Below are positions 1 through 11,753 of a stretch of DNA of 59,323 bases, in pieces; the stretch's first letter is position 1; each line of letters opens with the position of its first letter. The notes under the pieces were generated by a model, which saw only the letters and a list, made by a program, of their open reading frames with translations, searched no databases and was not told the DNA's origin. The DNA is from Malassezia furfur (taxonomy: Eukaryota). The translations under genes were made by a program, and so were the position numbers. Location: the NCBI GenBank assembly GCA_052055015.1, contig JBQJIT010000023.1. One strand, written 5' to 3'.

Positions 1-431
1 CCAAGCCCGCGGCGCGTGCGCCGCCGCCCGCCCCACCGGTGCGCAGCCGTGCGCCGCGCTACCGCGCGCTGTACGACTTTGCGACGGTCGAGCAAGGTGA
101 GCTGCCGCTCGTCCAGGGCGATGTCGTCGAGCTCGAAGAGAAGGAGGCGAGTGGGTGGTGGCTCGTCAAGAAGAACGGCACGTCGGGGTGGGCGCCCGCG
201 GACTACTTGGAGCTGGTGCAAGACGCGCCCAAGCCGCCGCCGCCCGTTGCGCCCAAACCGAAACCGAGCGCGGCAAGTGCCAAGCCCGCCGAGGCGCCGA
301 CGTGGTCGGCGCCCGACACGAACGCGGCGCCCGTGGCGGTGATGCCCGGCATGGGCGAGCCCGGTGGCTTCGCCGCGGTGCTTGCACGCAAGAATGCCGA
401 GGCGGCCGCCGCGGCGCAGAACCCAAGGTAG
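1..431 (+). CDS. MYO1: Type I myosin, C-terminal fragment (Pro-rich region + SH3 + tail); 5' end outside the window
   Basis: SH3 domain (YRALYDF...GELPL..GD.VE......GWWL....G..GWAPADYLE) flanked by Pro-rich segments. The VAVMPGMG.PGGFAAVLA tail resembles Ustilaginomycotina myosin I. Confidence 0.8.
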   Translation, partial: KPAARAPPPAPPVRSRAPRYRALYDFATVEQGELPLVQGDVVELEEKEASGWWLVKKNGTSGWAPADYLELVQDAPKPPPPVAPKPKPSAASAKPAEAPTWSAPDTNAAPVAVMPGMGEPGGFAAVLARKNAEAAAAAQNPR

Positions 432-493
432 CCGCGCCTCCTCCATAGTCCCTGCCACGACCGTGCCCACTTTAGTCAGCAGCCCGGACGACG

Positions 494-2033
494 ATGGCGG
501 TCGAGAGCCCCGACGCGCCGCCGCGGGCGCCGCACGGCGCGCTCGACTCGGACACCGATGACGACGATGAGCGCACGGGCGAGTCGATGGACCTGCTAGA
601 CATCCCATCCTCGCAGAAGGCACGACCCCGTGCCGTGCTCAGCCCGACCGAGGGGTTATGGTAGGTGCGAAGCGACGCACGGCTCATACAGGATCACGGG
701 CGTCGTGCTGCTCATGGCATTCTTGCATATCACGCCGCAGGTATTCATCATGCTGCCCTACTATCGCGCTACGCGCTCATTCACATCCCAGCAGCTCCTG
801 CACGCGCTCGTACCCTACAATGTGCTCATTGCGTACATGTACCTCACCTACTACCTATGCGTCACGAGCGACGCAGGCGGCGTGCCGTACGGCTGGTCGC
901 CCGACGAGGCGATGGCGGAGCACGGTGTAGAGCTCACCGCAGAGCACCGCCGCTTCTGCCACAAATGCGACGCGTTTAAGCCGCCGCGCGCGCACCATTG
1001 CAAGCAGTGCAAACGGTGCGTCTTGCGCATGGACCACCATTGCCCCTGGATCGGCAACTGCGTGGGGATCCATAACCATGCCCCGTTTATGCGCTTCCTG
1101 GTCGCGGTGAGCGTTGCGGGAGCCTATCTGTTGTCGATGATCAGCCTGCGCGTCGGCGACTGGTGGAACACAGACTGGTACTTGTCGCCGCCGTCCAACT
1201 CCGAAACGGTGATGATCGTGCTGAACTACATCCTGGGCACACCACCAGTCGCACTCACAAGCCTCATGATGTGGTACCAGTGGTACCTGCTCTCGATCAA
1301 CACTACCACCATCGAGACCCACGAACAGGACCGGGTCACACGGCAGATCCGCCGCGGCCAGATCCCTTTTTTCGAGTATCCGTTCGATGTGGGTGTGTGG
1401 CGCAACATGACCGATGTGATGGGACCCAACATTCTGCTCTGGCTCTGGCCGTTCTCGCAGACCGAGCACGACGGACTGCTGTACCCCGTGTCCCAACCAT
1501 ACCCCGAGGCCCAGTTCCTGTGGCCCCCGTACGACCGACGCGCCAAGCAGCGCCGCCGCCGTCCCTTGCCCGAGTCAGCGTTCACCTATGGCGAAGAGCA
1601 GCTGAATCCCGACCTACATCCCTCCAATGCGGCGGTCGAGTTGGGGCGTCGCACCCAGTACGCCGTGAACGGCCCGATCGGTGTGGATGAGGACGAAAGC
1701 GACGACTACGAGGATGACACACAGCAGCACAGCCGCGTACGCATTCGCCGCGGCAGCGAGGGCGTTGAAATCCGGCCGCCACAGTACAGCCGCATGCTGT
1801 ACGAGATGCAGCAAGAGTACAGTCACCTGCATCCTGATGCGTTCGCCGACGATACATCCGAGCCAACCGGCCCTGACGCCGACGAGCTGCCCACCGACAC
1901 GCCTGCACCCAAAATCGTCAACATCCAAGCGGACGACGCCGCGGAAGCAGATGAGGGAATACCGCTCGGCCACCTCGTCCGCCGCCACCTCGTCAGCAAT
2001 CCACACGGTCTAGAAGAAATGCACACTACATAA
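494..2033 (+). CDS. PFA4: DHHC palmitoyltransferase (Pfa4-like); intron 661-691
   Basis: RFCHKC..FKPPRAHHCKQCKRCVLRMDHHCPWIGNCVG, TTIE motif, YPFDVG and TM helices. ATG 494 joins the long ORF through GTAGGT...CTCATACAG. Confidence 0.9.
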
Positions 2034-3016
2034 CGCTGCAGTTGTCGTCGGCGTCACCGCCGAGCATACCATTGAGCCCAGATAGCTCAGGAGGCATGTC
2101 GCCCAGCAGTTCCTGGGGTGGGGAGCCGAGCTCTTGCATTTGCGACACAAGATCCGACACGCGCTTCTTGCACGCCGGGTCCGAATCGCTGTAGGATTTT
2201 TCGTCAAATACGGCAAGAATGTCCGCCATAATCGCCTGCTGGTCCTTATACCGCTTCCGCTCCTCCTCGTTGAGCTTTTTGCCCTCGCTCGACTCAAAGA
2301 AACCGGGGAAGCGAGAGTGCATATCTTTCAGTGGCTCATAGAGTACATCCTTGTTCATCAGGTCGTCCATCATCGAGCTGAGCATCTTGGACAGCTCGGA
2401 CATGTCGTCCCCTTCGCCTTCGCCCGCATTGCCGAGCGCCTCGAGCATCTGTGCAAGATCGGTATTTCCATCGAGACCCAGGTTGGCAAACAGGTTGCTC
2501 GGATCGTTGGCACCTTTCGCACGAGCGTCTGCGTTGGCGTCCGCATTGGACTGTTTCAGCTTGGCCATAGTCGCCTGGATCACGTCCTGGAAGCTCGCAT
2601 CTGATGACGGCGCATTGGTAGATGGCTTGTCCTCCGATGCATCTTCTTTGGCACCGGACAGCATGCGCTCAAACTGCTTCATCATCTCGTCTTCGGCCAA
2701 CGTGTTTTTGTTGCCGCCCTCAGCCTTGTTATCAGGGACGGCAGGCCGTTCGGGCATATTCTGGCCCATCTGTGCCATGAATGCCTCCATGTTTCGCGTG
2801 AGTTCCTGCACGAATTCGTCGGACAACGGATCGTCGTCGCCGTCGTCATCGTCGTTTTTCGGTGCGGACGCCTTCGTACTGGTGGCTGCGCTCTCCGAAG
2901 GCGTCGCAGAGGCAGGCTCCTGTTGGAAGTCATCTAGGATATCTTTTGGTCAGTTACTTTCAATACACACCATCGAGATCATCGAGATCCTCCGCAGTTG
3001 GCTTGGGTGCAACCAT
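2026..3016 (-). CDS. PEX19: Peroxin Pex19; intron 2943-2970
   Basis: N-terminal EDLDDLDDILDDF (Pex3-binding), LMNKDVLYEPLKDM, MQELGSPPQELL and C-terminal CAAX box CSVM. Confidence 0.95.
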
Positions 3017-3098
3017 CTCGCTTGTGGGGAACCTGTGTGAAACTCTTCCTGCGGACACGTGGTTTTCTTTCGAGCCTCCGGCCCCCGCACTCCACAAG

Positions 3099-4552
3099 AT
3101 GGAAGACGCGCTGGTCGCGTTCGTGGCCAAGGGGTCACGACGTGCACCGAAAGTCGCGCTGTCTCATAGTGTTCCTGGTATGTCATGCATCTCATGTAGC
3201 TGGACGCGGTCTCGTGCTTACCACGGACGTGGAACCAGGCGAGGTGATTCTGGAAGTACCGTCGAGTGTATTGCTTCACCCGGGTGCCTTGGCGAAACAG
3301 GGGCGGTTGACTTGTGCTCCGCGCAAAACATACAGCACGGGCAAGCCATCCAAGAGCACGCTATCCACCCATCAGATCGTTGCGTACGCGCTCGCGCAGT
3401 GGCGATGTACAGGGCGTCCCAATTGTCCCCTATCCCCCTTCTTGTATTCGCTACCGACCGAATTTCCAACGGCGCCGCTGACCTGGCAGGTGGGCTCCAA
3501 TCCTGAAGAGAAGCGTCTGATAGAAGCCCTCTCTCCTACTGCGCAGCTTCGCGCGGACAAAGTATTCAAGGGCTTCGAGCGCGACTGGAACCGACTCATC
3601 GATCTAGAGACAAAGTCTCCCGACGTGCTGGAAGAAATTTGGGCGTGTATGAGAACAAGCACCCCGCGAAAACCACTTGTACGCGCCGACTTACTCTGGG
3701 CATGGCTTTGCACCAACTCGCGCTGTGTCTATATGGATTTACATTACGAGCGACACGAAGACAATTTTACTCTGGCGCCCTTGCTCGATATGGCCAACCA
3801 CACCCCTATCCCTTGGCTGGAGTGCAAAGTGCGCTACGATGCACGGGGCGGTCTCGAGTTGCTCGCGCCAAATCATCCGCGACCTGAGGATGCCGGTCGG
3901 GCGGGTTGGCGAAAAGGGGACGAAGTATGCATTACGTATGGTGCACATGCGAATACGACGCTGCTGGCGGAGTATGGCTTTGTTCTCCCGCGTATACTGC
4001 ACTCAAGTAATTGCCATTGGACGGGGAATCGCTATTGCGATGTGCTCCTGGACGCACCAGTCGGGGAACTCTTCGGAGAAGACGAAAACGGATCATGGAA
4101 ACGTGAGCTCCTGGAAAAAGAGGGCTATTGGGCGTATGTTCTCCCATTCACACAGCGATTATTCAATACATCCATACCCAACGCCGGCACACCCTTCACA
4201 CCGTCTGCATACAGCGCTGCGGCTGCTCTGCATGAGCGTAGAGCAGCGTGCAAAGCGTCCGCGACGGGAGGAGGCCGACGAGGTTCCCAGGTCACGGCAC
4301 GATGCCGAACGAGCGTGGATGCTGGCAGCACAAGGTACGACTGCGCGGATCTCTCGAGCCAATGAGGATGCAGTTCGAGCCACAATGGCTCAGCTATGTG
4401 CGGCTGTCCAAAAAGACCTTGAGCGTCGCCTGCAGATGCTGGATACGCTGCGATGTTCGGATTCGGAACAGATGGTGAGGCAGGTCTTGGATGAGGAGCG
4501 AACCATTGCGGAGCTGGTTCGCCAGAGTGCTGCATGTGGAGACGACTGGTGA
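3099..4552 (+). CDS. SET-domain protein lysine methyltransferase (Rkm2/SETD4-like); introns 3178-3199 and 4134-4155
   Basis: GRGLV, WAWLCTNSR, LAPLLDMANH and ITYGAHANTTLLAEYGF SET motifs. Two 22-nt GT-AG introns link three ORF frames. Confidence 0.85.
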
Positions 4553-5365
4553 TCATGTCGTCTTCTGTTTCTTGGGGAAACGCTTCTGGATCGCCTGGAT
4601 CATCTTGGAGAACCAGAAGTAGTTGAGACTGTTCAGGGTGACCAGGCCCAACGTGTAGAATACCTTCCACAGCATAGGGATATGGTGCTTGTGCAGCTCC
4701 GCGGGCGCCCACAGCATGGTAATGATGGAATACGAAATGTAGACGCCAAGAATAAGGCGCATGGCCACGTAACTGGTCAGCAGGAAGCCGGCGTTGATCA
4801 GCTGTGCCTTGCTTCCGGTCATTCCCAGTTTGTCCATGAACCAGTGAATGTTGAGGAATGGCGTGCTTGCCTCCCAAATGAGAATGCCCAAGCCATCGTA
4901 CATCAAGAAGGGATGCCAGACAAGCGTCGCCGCGACAGTGGCAAGTGCGCCATGGACAAAGAATTGCAGACCCTCGTATCGCAGCGACTGGATCGTGTCC
5001 CAGATAAAGTAACCGTAGGAAAGGGCGTACAGTTGGCCCGTGTAGTAGTCGTATCCGAACACCATGTCAGTGGTATACCGGTCCGTGGTAACCCAGATGT
5101 ACAGGGCGGTCGGTGCAACAATCACCGAGTGGACCAGTGCAACAAAGTGCATGTCCCATTGCACCCGCTTGGTGGCGTTCATGCCGTTCAATTGCTTGGG
5201 GAAGAGGAGAGGCGATACCCCTGCCGACAGGAACTGAAGCGAGAACCAGAACAGGACTGCACGAATGACCGTCATGAGGTGGGGAGCCAGGAAGGGCAGC
5301 CCCAGCTCAGCAAGATAAGGCGCTGAATAGGCATGCACCGTCTCAGAAAGGGTGGCACGGGCCAT
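4553..5365 (-). CDS. TLC (TRAM/LAG1/CLN8) domain membrane protein, TMEM56/Tda4-like
   Basis: VALVHS, GYFIWD, FFVHG, WEASTPFLNIHWF and LNYFWFSKMI motifs; C-terminal KQKTT ER-retrieval-like motif. Confidence 0.88.
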   Translation of the reverse strand: MARATLSETVHAYSAPYLAELGLPFLAPHLMTVIRAVLFWFSLQFLSAGVSPLLFPKQLNGMNATKRVQWDMHFVALVHSVIVAPTALYIWVTTDRYTTDMVFGYDYYTGQLYALSYGYFIWDTIQSLRYEGLQFFVHGALATVAATLVWHPFLMYDGLGILIWEASTPFLNIHWFMDKLGMTGSKAQLINAGFLLTSYVAMRLILGVYISYSIITMLWAPAELHKHHIPMLWKVFYTLGLVTLNSLNYFWFSKMIQAIQKRFPKKQKTT

Positions 5366-5661
5366 GATTGTAGGTCGGTGCGGAAGAGGAGGAAAACAGG
5401 TAGCTGTCGCGATCGAGATCGATCGGGCAAAAGCTGCGCGTCTGGGGTAGGGGTCCAGGCGCGGCTTTAAGTGTGCCGACCGGTCCTGTCTCTACCTCCA
5501 CTGCGGAATTGGGCTAATTTTGGCCAAACCACTGGGGGTGCCGGCTGTGTCGCAAATCTCCGAGCCACGCACCACTTCTAGCCAGCATCCACACGGTGTC
5601 CCAGACCATAGGTGAATCGACAAAAGTGGTTGTTGCATTGCAGAAAAAAGAAAGCTATTAA

Positions 5662-7517
5662 CTAAGCCATGTTCGAAAGGGCGCTCAGCACGGCTTTCAG
5701 ACTGGTGGCCGTGATGTCGACGTCGATACCAACGCCCCAGAAGCCTGTTGCCTTGTTGGCGCCGACCTTGGCGCTCTCCTCGGGACGCACAAGCTCGACG
5801 TACGATGCGGCCTGAGCGCGCGTCTGGCCCTTCTTCGTGTCGGCCTCGCCGCCAAGCTGCATGGTATGAGGGCGCAGAGCGTGCTCACTGTATTCACGCA
5901 CATCCGCCGAGACGCCAAACGTCTTCTCCATCGCATCAAGCAAGGCGGAGATGGGCCCGTTGCCTGTACCCGACACCTCGTGCACTTCACCATCGCAAGC
6001 AATCTTACCCGAGAAGCTGCGGTAGCGCGGCGTAGAGCCGTTGGCGACGTTGCCGTTGGACGCCGAGCCGTTGACCTGATTTTGCGTCTCCGAGAGCGAG
6101 AAAGAACGCAGAGCAAACTTGCCCTCGTTCTTGCCCAGCTCAAGACTCGGCAGGTGGTAGTGCTGGCAGAACGCCTGCGTAATGTCCTCGATCGACAGCT
6201 CCTTGCTGGTCTGGTCGGCGATGGCCTGGATGACCTGATAGAAGGAGACCTGCATGCGGCGGGGCAGGTCGACACCGAGGGCCTGCGTCAGCAGGTAGGC
6301 GATACCGCCCTTGCCGCTCTGGCTGTTCACACGGATCACAGCCTCGTAGTTCAGACCAAGGTCCTTCGGGTCCACGGGCAGATAGGGCACGCTCCACACG
6401 GGGTCGCCGGCGGCGTTCCGCTTCTCCTGGGCGAGGAAACCCTTCTTGATGGCGTCCTGGTGCGAGCCACTGAACGCAGTCATCACCAGCTCACCAGCGT
6501 ACGGGTGACGCGGGTGCACGGGCAACTCATTGCAGCTCGTCACCACATCCACGAGCGACGGCAGGTCCGACAGGTCGAGCGGGCCAGGCTGGACACCCTG
6601 CGAGAAGAGGTTGAGGGCGAGGGTGACGAGGTCGACGTTACCGGTGCGCTCGCCGTTGCCAAACATGCAGCCCTCCACGCGGTCGGCGCCGGCGAGCAGG
6701 CCAAGCTCCGCCGCAGCGATACCACAGCCACGGTCGTTGTGCGGGTGCAGCGAGATTTCAATCACCTCGCGGTCGCCAATCTTGCGGCCAAAGTACTCAA
6801 TCATGTCCGCATAGTGGTTGGGCGGCCCAATCTCGACGGTGGCGGGCAGGTTGAAGATGATCTTGTTGTCCTTCGTCGCCTTGCCGTAGGCCGTGCGCAC
6901 CGCCTGACACAGCTCCACCGCAAAGTCCGGCTCGGTCTGGGTGAACGTCTCCGGGGAGTATTCATAGCGGAAACGCGTCCCACCGTTCTCCGGCTTGCTG
7001 TAGTGGTCCATGAGTTCGGTAACGAGCTTGGTGTGGCGCACGGCGAGCTCAACCGTCTTGGCCTGGTCGTTGCCGAACACCACTTCACGGAAGAGGGGGC
7101 TGCTTGCATTGTACATGTGGAGAATGACGTTCTTGGCGCCCTTGATGGACTCAAAGGTACGGCGAATCAGCTCTTCGCTGGCGGGTTAGAGGGGGAGAAA
7201 ACGTACCGCGCAGGGGTCAGCACCTGGATCCAGACGCCGTCCGGGATGAGGCCCGACTCAATAATGTGACGCACGAAGCCAAAGTCGGTGTCGCTCGCCG
7301 AGGGGAACGCCACTTCGATCTCCTGGAAGCCGACTTCCACGAGTTTCTTGAAAAAGAGGATCTTTTGCCTCTCGTTCATGGGGTTAGCGAGGGCCTGGTT
7401 GCCATCACGCAGGTCCACCGACGTCCAAATCGGTGCCTTGCGCAGCACCTTTTCAGGCCATTGCCGGTCGCTGAGCTTCAGAGGCTCGTAAGGCTTATAC
7501 TTCTTCCCCGGATCCAT
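5662..7517 (-). CDS. LEU4: 2-isopropylmalate synthase; intron 7178-7206
   Basis: [63 protein letters not shown]. Confidence 0.96.
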
Positions 7518-7539
7518 CGCGGCGGAAACTAATTCCCAC

Positions 7540-7547
7540 TGACTCAT
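7540..7547. promoter_or_regulatory. Gcn4/CpcA-type site TGACTCAT upstream of LEU4
   Basis: Exact consensus 22 bp upstream of the ATG of an amino-acid biosynthesis gene. Confidence 0.5.
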
Positions 7548-7718
7548 TTGCCGCGGCGTCTTTCTTCCTCGCCTGCCACGCTGACACATGCTGACACATG
7601 GGCTAGAGTTGTAGGGTCCCCACACGTGCATGCCACGTGGAAACGATCAGGGCCCGCGCCCCGCCCGTGCATATATGGGCTGGCCCGTGTCCCTAAGCTC
7701 TTCTCACCTCGACCCATC

Positions 7719-9847
7719 ATGACGTTCCAGCCTCAGGAAGTCGACAAGAACGCTATTGCGACGATTCGTACGTACTACGTCGTGGGCCTATCTAACCACA
7801 GGCATGCTCGCCGCTGATGTGGCGGCCCAGTCCAAGTCGGGTCATCCGGGTGCCCCCATGGGCCTGGCCCCGCTGGCGCACCTGCTGTGGAGCCGGTAGG
7901 TGAAGTGGCACTGACCACAGCTTCCTGCTTTGCGACCCCAAGGACTCGCACTGGCTCAACCGTGACCGCTTCGTGCTGTCGAACGGCCACGCCTGTATCC
8001 TGCAGTACACCATGCTCTACCTGCTGGGCTACAAGCTGACGCTGGACGACCTTAAGCACTTCCGCAAGCTGAACTCGCTTACCCCCGGCCACCCCGAGGC
8101 GAACCACACGGACGGTATCGAGGTGACCACCGGTCCTCTCGGCCAGGGCTTTGCCAACTCCGTCGGTCTTGCCATTGCCGCCAAGAACGCCGCTGCCGAG
8201 TTCAACCGTGACGGCTTTGAGCTGTTCAACAACCACACCTACGTGTTCCTTGGTGATGGCTGTATGATGGAGGGTGTTGCGAGCGAGGCAGCCTCGCTCG
8301 CGGGCCACCTGCGTCTCAACAACCTGATCGCCTTCTACGACAACAACAAGATCAGTATCGACGGTGACGTTGCGTGCTCCTTCACCGAGGACGTCTCGGA
8401 GCGCTTCAAGGCGTACGAGTGGAACGTGCTCAACGTCGGTGACGGTGACAAGGACTTGAAAGACATCTACGATGCCATCACCAAGGCCAAGGAGTGCAAG
8501 GACAAGCCGACGCTCATCAACATCCGCACCACGATTGGTTTCGGCTCGCTGCACCAGGGCACGCACTCGACCCACGGCTCGCCGCTCAAGGAGGATGACA
8601 TCCGCCAGCTCAAGGAGAAGTTTGGCTTCAACCCCGACGACAAGTTCATTGTTCCCCAGGAAGTCATTGATGCATACAAGGGCTACGCCAAGCGTGGCGG
8701 TGACGCGCATGCCGAGTGGAACAAGTTGTTCGCCGCCTACGGCGAGAAGTACCCCAAGGAGAAGGCCGAGCTCGAGCGCCGCGCCGCGCACAAGCTGCCC
8801 GAGGGCTGGGAGAAGTGCCTGCCCACCTTCACGCCGGAGGACAAGCCCGCCGCCTCGCGCAAGCTCTCCGAGGGCGTGCTCACCAAGCTCTCGGCGGCGC
8901 TTCCCGAGCTGCTGGGTGGTTCGGCCGACCTTACGGGCTCGAACCTCACCCGCTGGTCGGATGCGACCGACTTCCAGCCGCCCGCGACGCACCTCGGCGA
9001 GTGGAGCGGTCGCTACATCCGCTACGGTGTGCGTGAGCACGCCATGGGTGCGATCATGAACGGTCTGCATGCCTACGGTCTGCACATCCCCACCGGCGGC
9101 ACCTTCCTCAACTTCGTGTCGTACGGTCTGGGTGCGGTCCGTCTCTCGGCGCTGTCCCAGTTCCGTGTGATCTGGGTCGCCACGCACGACTCGATCGGTC
9201 TCGGTGAGGACGGCCCGACCCACCAGCCTATCGAGACGGCCGCGGCGCTGCGTGCGGTGCCCAACCTCGCCTTCTGGCGCCCTGCGGACGGCAACGAGGT
9301 GTCGGCCGCGTACAAGGTGGCCATCGAGTCGTCCAAGACCCCCTCGGTGCTCGCGCTCACCCGCCAGAACCTGCCGCAGCTTGAGGGCTCGTCGATTGAG
9401 AAGGCCGCCCTCGGTGGTTACGTCCTGATCGATGAGTCGGACGCGGACCTGACCATCGTGTCGACCGGCTCGGAGGTGTCCATCTGCCGCGACGCCATCA
9501 AGCTGCTCAAGGAGAAGGGCATCAAGGCGCGTCTCGTGTCGCTGCCCTGCTTCCACGTGTTTGACAAGCAGTCGCTGGACTACCGCCTCAAGGTGCTGCC
9601 CGACGGCCACGCCATCCTCTCGGTGGAGGCCTACAGCACCTACGGCTGGGGCCGCTACGCGCACGTCCACCACGGTATCAACCGCTTCGGTGTGTCGGCG
9701 CCGTACGACGACGCATACAAGTTCTTCGACATGACCGACTCGGCGATCGCGGAGAAGGCGGTCAACGTCGTGAACCACTTCAAGAAGCTCGGCACGCCGC
9801 TCGAGTCGCCGCTTGGCCTCGAGGCTAAGTTCCTCGCGGACAAATAA
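7719..9847 (+). CDS. TKL1: Transketolase; introns 7768-7801 and 7897-7920
   Basis: SGHPGAPMG, RDRFVLSNGH, GDGCMMEG, THDSIGLGEDGPTHQP; strong codon bias. Confidence 0.97.
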
Positions 9848-9899
9848 ATAAAATAGGGTTATGATACACTAGCAACCAACCAACTTTTTTTTGTCGCGA

Positions 9900-10458
9900 C
9901 TACCCACGCCGGCGAGCGGGTTTCACCGTGGCGCTCTCGATGTCGCTCTTGGCCGCCTCGGCGCGCTGCGCCTCAAGCTCGGGATCCGCCGCCGCAGCAG
10001 CCTGGCGCGTTTGCTCGAGCCGCCGCTGCTCGCGCGCTTGCTGCTCGGCGAGCGCCTGCGCATGCTCCTGCTGGCGCACCGCCTCGAGCTGCGCCTGCGC
10101 TGCCTGCTCCCGCATCTCAATCACGCGCGCATTGTGCAGTACAATCCGCTGCCGCTCCAAATCCTGCATCAGCTCCTGGATCGTCGGGGGCTGACGCCGC
10201 GTATGCCGCATCCAAGCGTCCCATTGGATGGGGATGTCCTTGGGGTTGTAGTCGGACATGTGCCGCGACTCTTTCCATTTGATCACGCTGCGTAAGTGGC
10301 GCACTCGCACATACGTACCGCCGTGTATGCCGCGGGTCCTTGGACCCATTGATCGCGGGGAACTCATAGTAGGTATTCTCGGCTAGGTCCTTGCCCACCA
10401 TGTAGCGCGCATGCCCTATCCGCAACACGCGCGACAGCGTTTTCCAGAAGGACGACAT
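9900..10458 (-). CDS. NDUFA12/NDUFAF2 (mimitin) family complex I assembly factor; one ~30-nt intron near 10288-10317
   Basis: VGKDLAENTYYE...R|VIKW...IPIQWDAWMRHTRRQPPTIQEL. Confidence 0.85.
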
Positions 10459-10474
10459 GGTGGAGGTGTGTGTT

Positions 10475-11719
10475 CTACAATCCAGCGTCGGCCCAAGCGC
10501 ACCAGGTGGAGCTGCCCGGCGTGCGCAGGAGAATGTTTGACTGTTGCGGGCCGAAGTAGCCCTGTGATGCCCATTCCCGCAGCGCACTCGCGGGAAAAGG
10601 GCCAAAAGTCTCGGTTTCGGGGTTGGTTGGGGTATTCGAGGAGCGCGCAACTTGCGCCAGGTATGCGGGCGTCCATTTGTATTCCCAAGTCCCACCCGCT
10701 CGCGCGTCGGCCCCCGCGTCCGACGCACGCTCGGGCTCGACCGACCGCGACGGGTCCCAATCCTCGGGAACCAGCTTGGACCGCCGCACTTGTCGTACCA
10801 GACCCTCATACACCTCGTCGTAGATATGAATCTGACCAAAGGACGACATGAGCAGCGTCGTGAGGTGCGTGACCTTCTCGAGCAACGCCGCGTCTCCCCC
10901 CTTCCGCTTCGCTTGTGCCCCAATGCGCTGCAATGCGTCCAGCACAGACTCACCAGGCTGGAGACATTCGGCCAACGCCCGCATAGCATGTTCCGCCGTG
11001 GGGTACTCGGCTTCGTCGGCCGCGGCACGCGCTTCGGCGTCTTGCTCGCGCTTGCGCTGTGCATCGTGTGCAGCCTTAATTTGCTTCTTGGAATAGTTTC
11101 CTTCCAACCAGCGGTCGTTCTGCGAAAACGGGTCCTTCTTGTTGCGGATGTAGTTGCCCTCTTCATCAAACTGGCCGCTAGCCATCTCGTCTTTCATGTT
11201 GAACTTTTCCATGCGGAACCCCATGCCTTTTTTACTCTGCCGCGGCTGGTCCTCGTCATCTGATCCAGGCGGTGTACGCTCTGCATCCGCATTAGCGTCC
11301 TGGTACCGTGTATCCTGCAGCGCGCGCTCCAGCTCATATTCCGGATCGACGTCCTCATCCTCGTCCTCGTCTTCGTCACCGTCCAGCTGGGTCGTCGAGC
11401 CAAACTCTTGGCCCTCAATCTCTGAGAGCTTAAGAAAACGTGGTTCTTTCTTGGTGTCTTTTGCCTTGGCATCGTTGTCGCCGAACATGTCGTCGTCGTC
11501 ATCCGGTTTCTTGTCCGTCCAGTTGCGCTTGTGTGTGGGGTCCTCGTCGTCCGACTCCTCGGAATCGTAGCCCTCGGTCACAACCTGACCAGGCCGCGCC
11601 TTGTGCTGCCGGTTTGTCTGCTCGTCCAAATCTAGGTCTCCTCCCTCATCCTCGCGGTGCGCACGTTTCTCCGGCGCCTGCGACGCTGGGAACGCGGCCT
11701 TGCGTTTCATGCCGCTCAT
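10475..11719 (-). CDS. LIN1: Lin1/CD2BP2 (U5-52K) GYF-domain protein
   Basis: MEKFNMKDEMASGQFDEEGNYIR, GESVLDALQRIG and C-terminal WEYKW...FGPFPASALREWASQGYF. Confidence 0.88.
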   Translation of the reverse strand: MSGMKRKAAFPASQAPEKRAHREDEGGDLDLDEQTNRQHKARPGQVVTEGYDSEESDDEDPTHKRNWTDKKPDDDDDMFGDNDAKAKDTKKEPRFLKLSEIEGQEFGSTTQLDGDEDEDEDEDVDPEYELERALQDTRYQDANADAERTPPGSDDEDQPRQSKKGMGFRMEKFNMKDEMASGQFDEEGNYIRNKKDPFSQNDRWLEGNYSKKQIKAAHDAQRKREQDAEARAAADEAEYPTAEHAMRALAECLQPGESVLDALQRIGAQAKRKGGDAALLEKVTHLTTLLMSSFGQIHIYDEVYEGLVRQVRRSKLVPEDWDPSRSVEPERASDAGADARAGGTWEYKWTPAYLAQVARSSNTPTNPETETFGPFPASALREWASQGYFGPQQSNILLRTPGSSTWCAWADAGL

Positions 11720-11753
11720 CGTCTTTGTCAACCTCCACCTCGACGTCGCTGCG

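Noticed and set aside
360..470. Missing acidic DDW Arp2/3-activating tail of myosin I hidden in an extra exon
   Set aside because: No acidic-Trp exon before PFA4, and the tail resembles Ustilago-type myosin I, so its absence is not novel.
5366..5661. Intergenic regions 5366-5661, 14356-14688 and 56163-56500 as ncRNA loci
   Set aside because: No C/D, H/ACA, Sm or Pol III signatures found; consistent with promoter and UTR sequence.
7775..9778. 667-aa antisense ORF over TKL1, and similar long shadow ORFs over LEU4, SYO1, DOP1, OSH3, DUF726 and RPS8
   Set aside because: Expected from high GC and strong third-position codon bias; no recognisable motifs.
9780..9860. Cryptic peroxisomal PTS1 by readthrough or alternative splicing in TKL1 or LEU4
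   Set aside because: No TGA-CTA context and no SKL-like extension after the stops.
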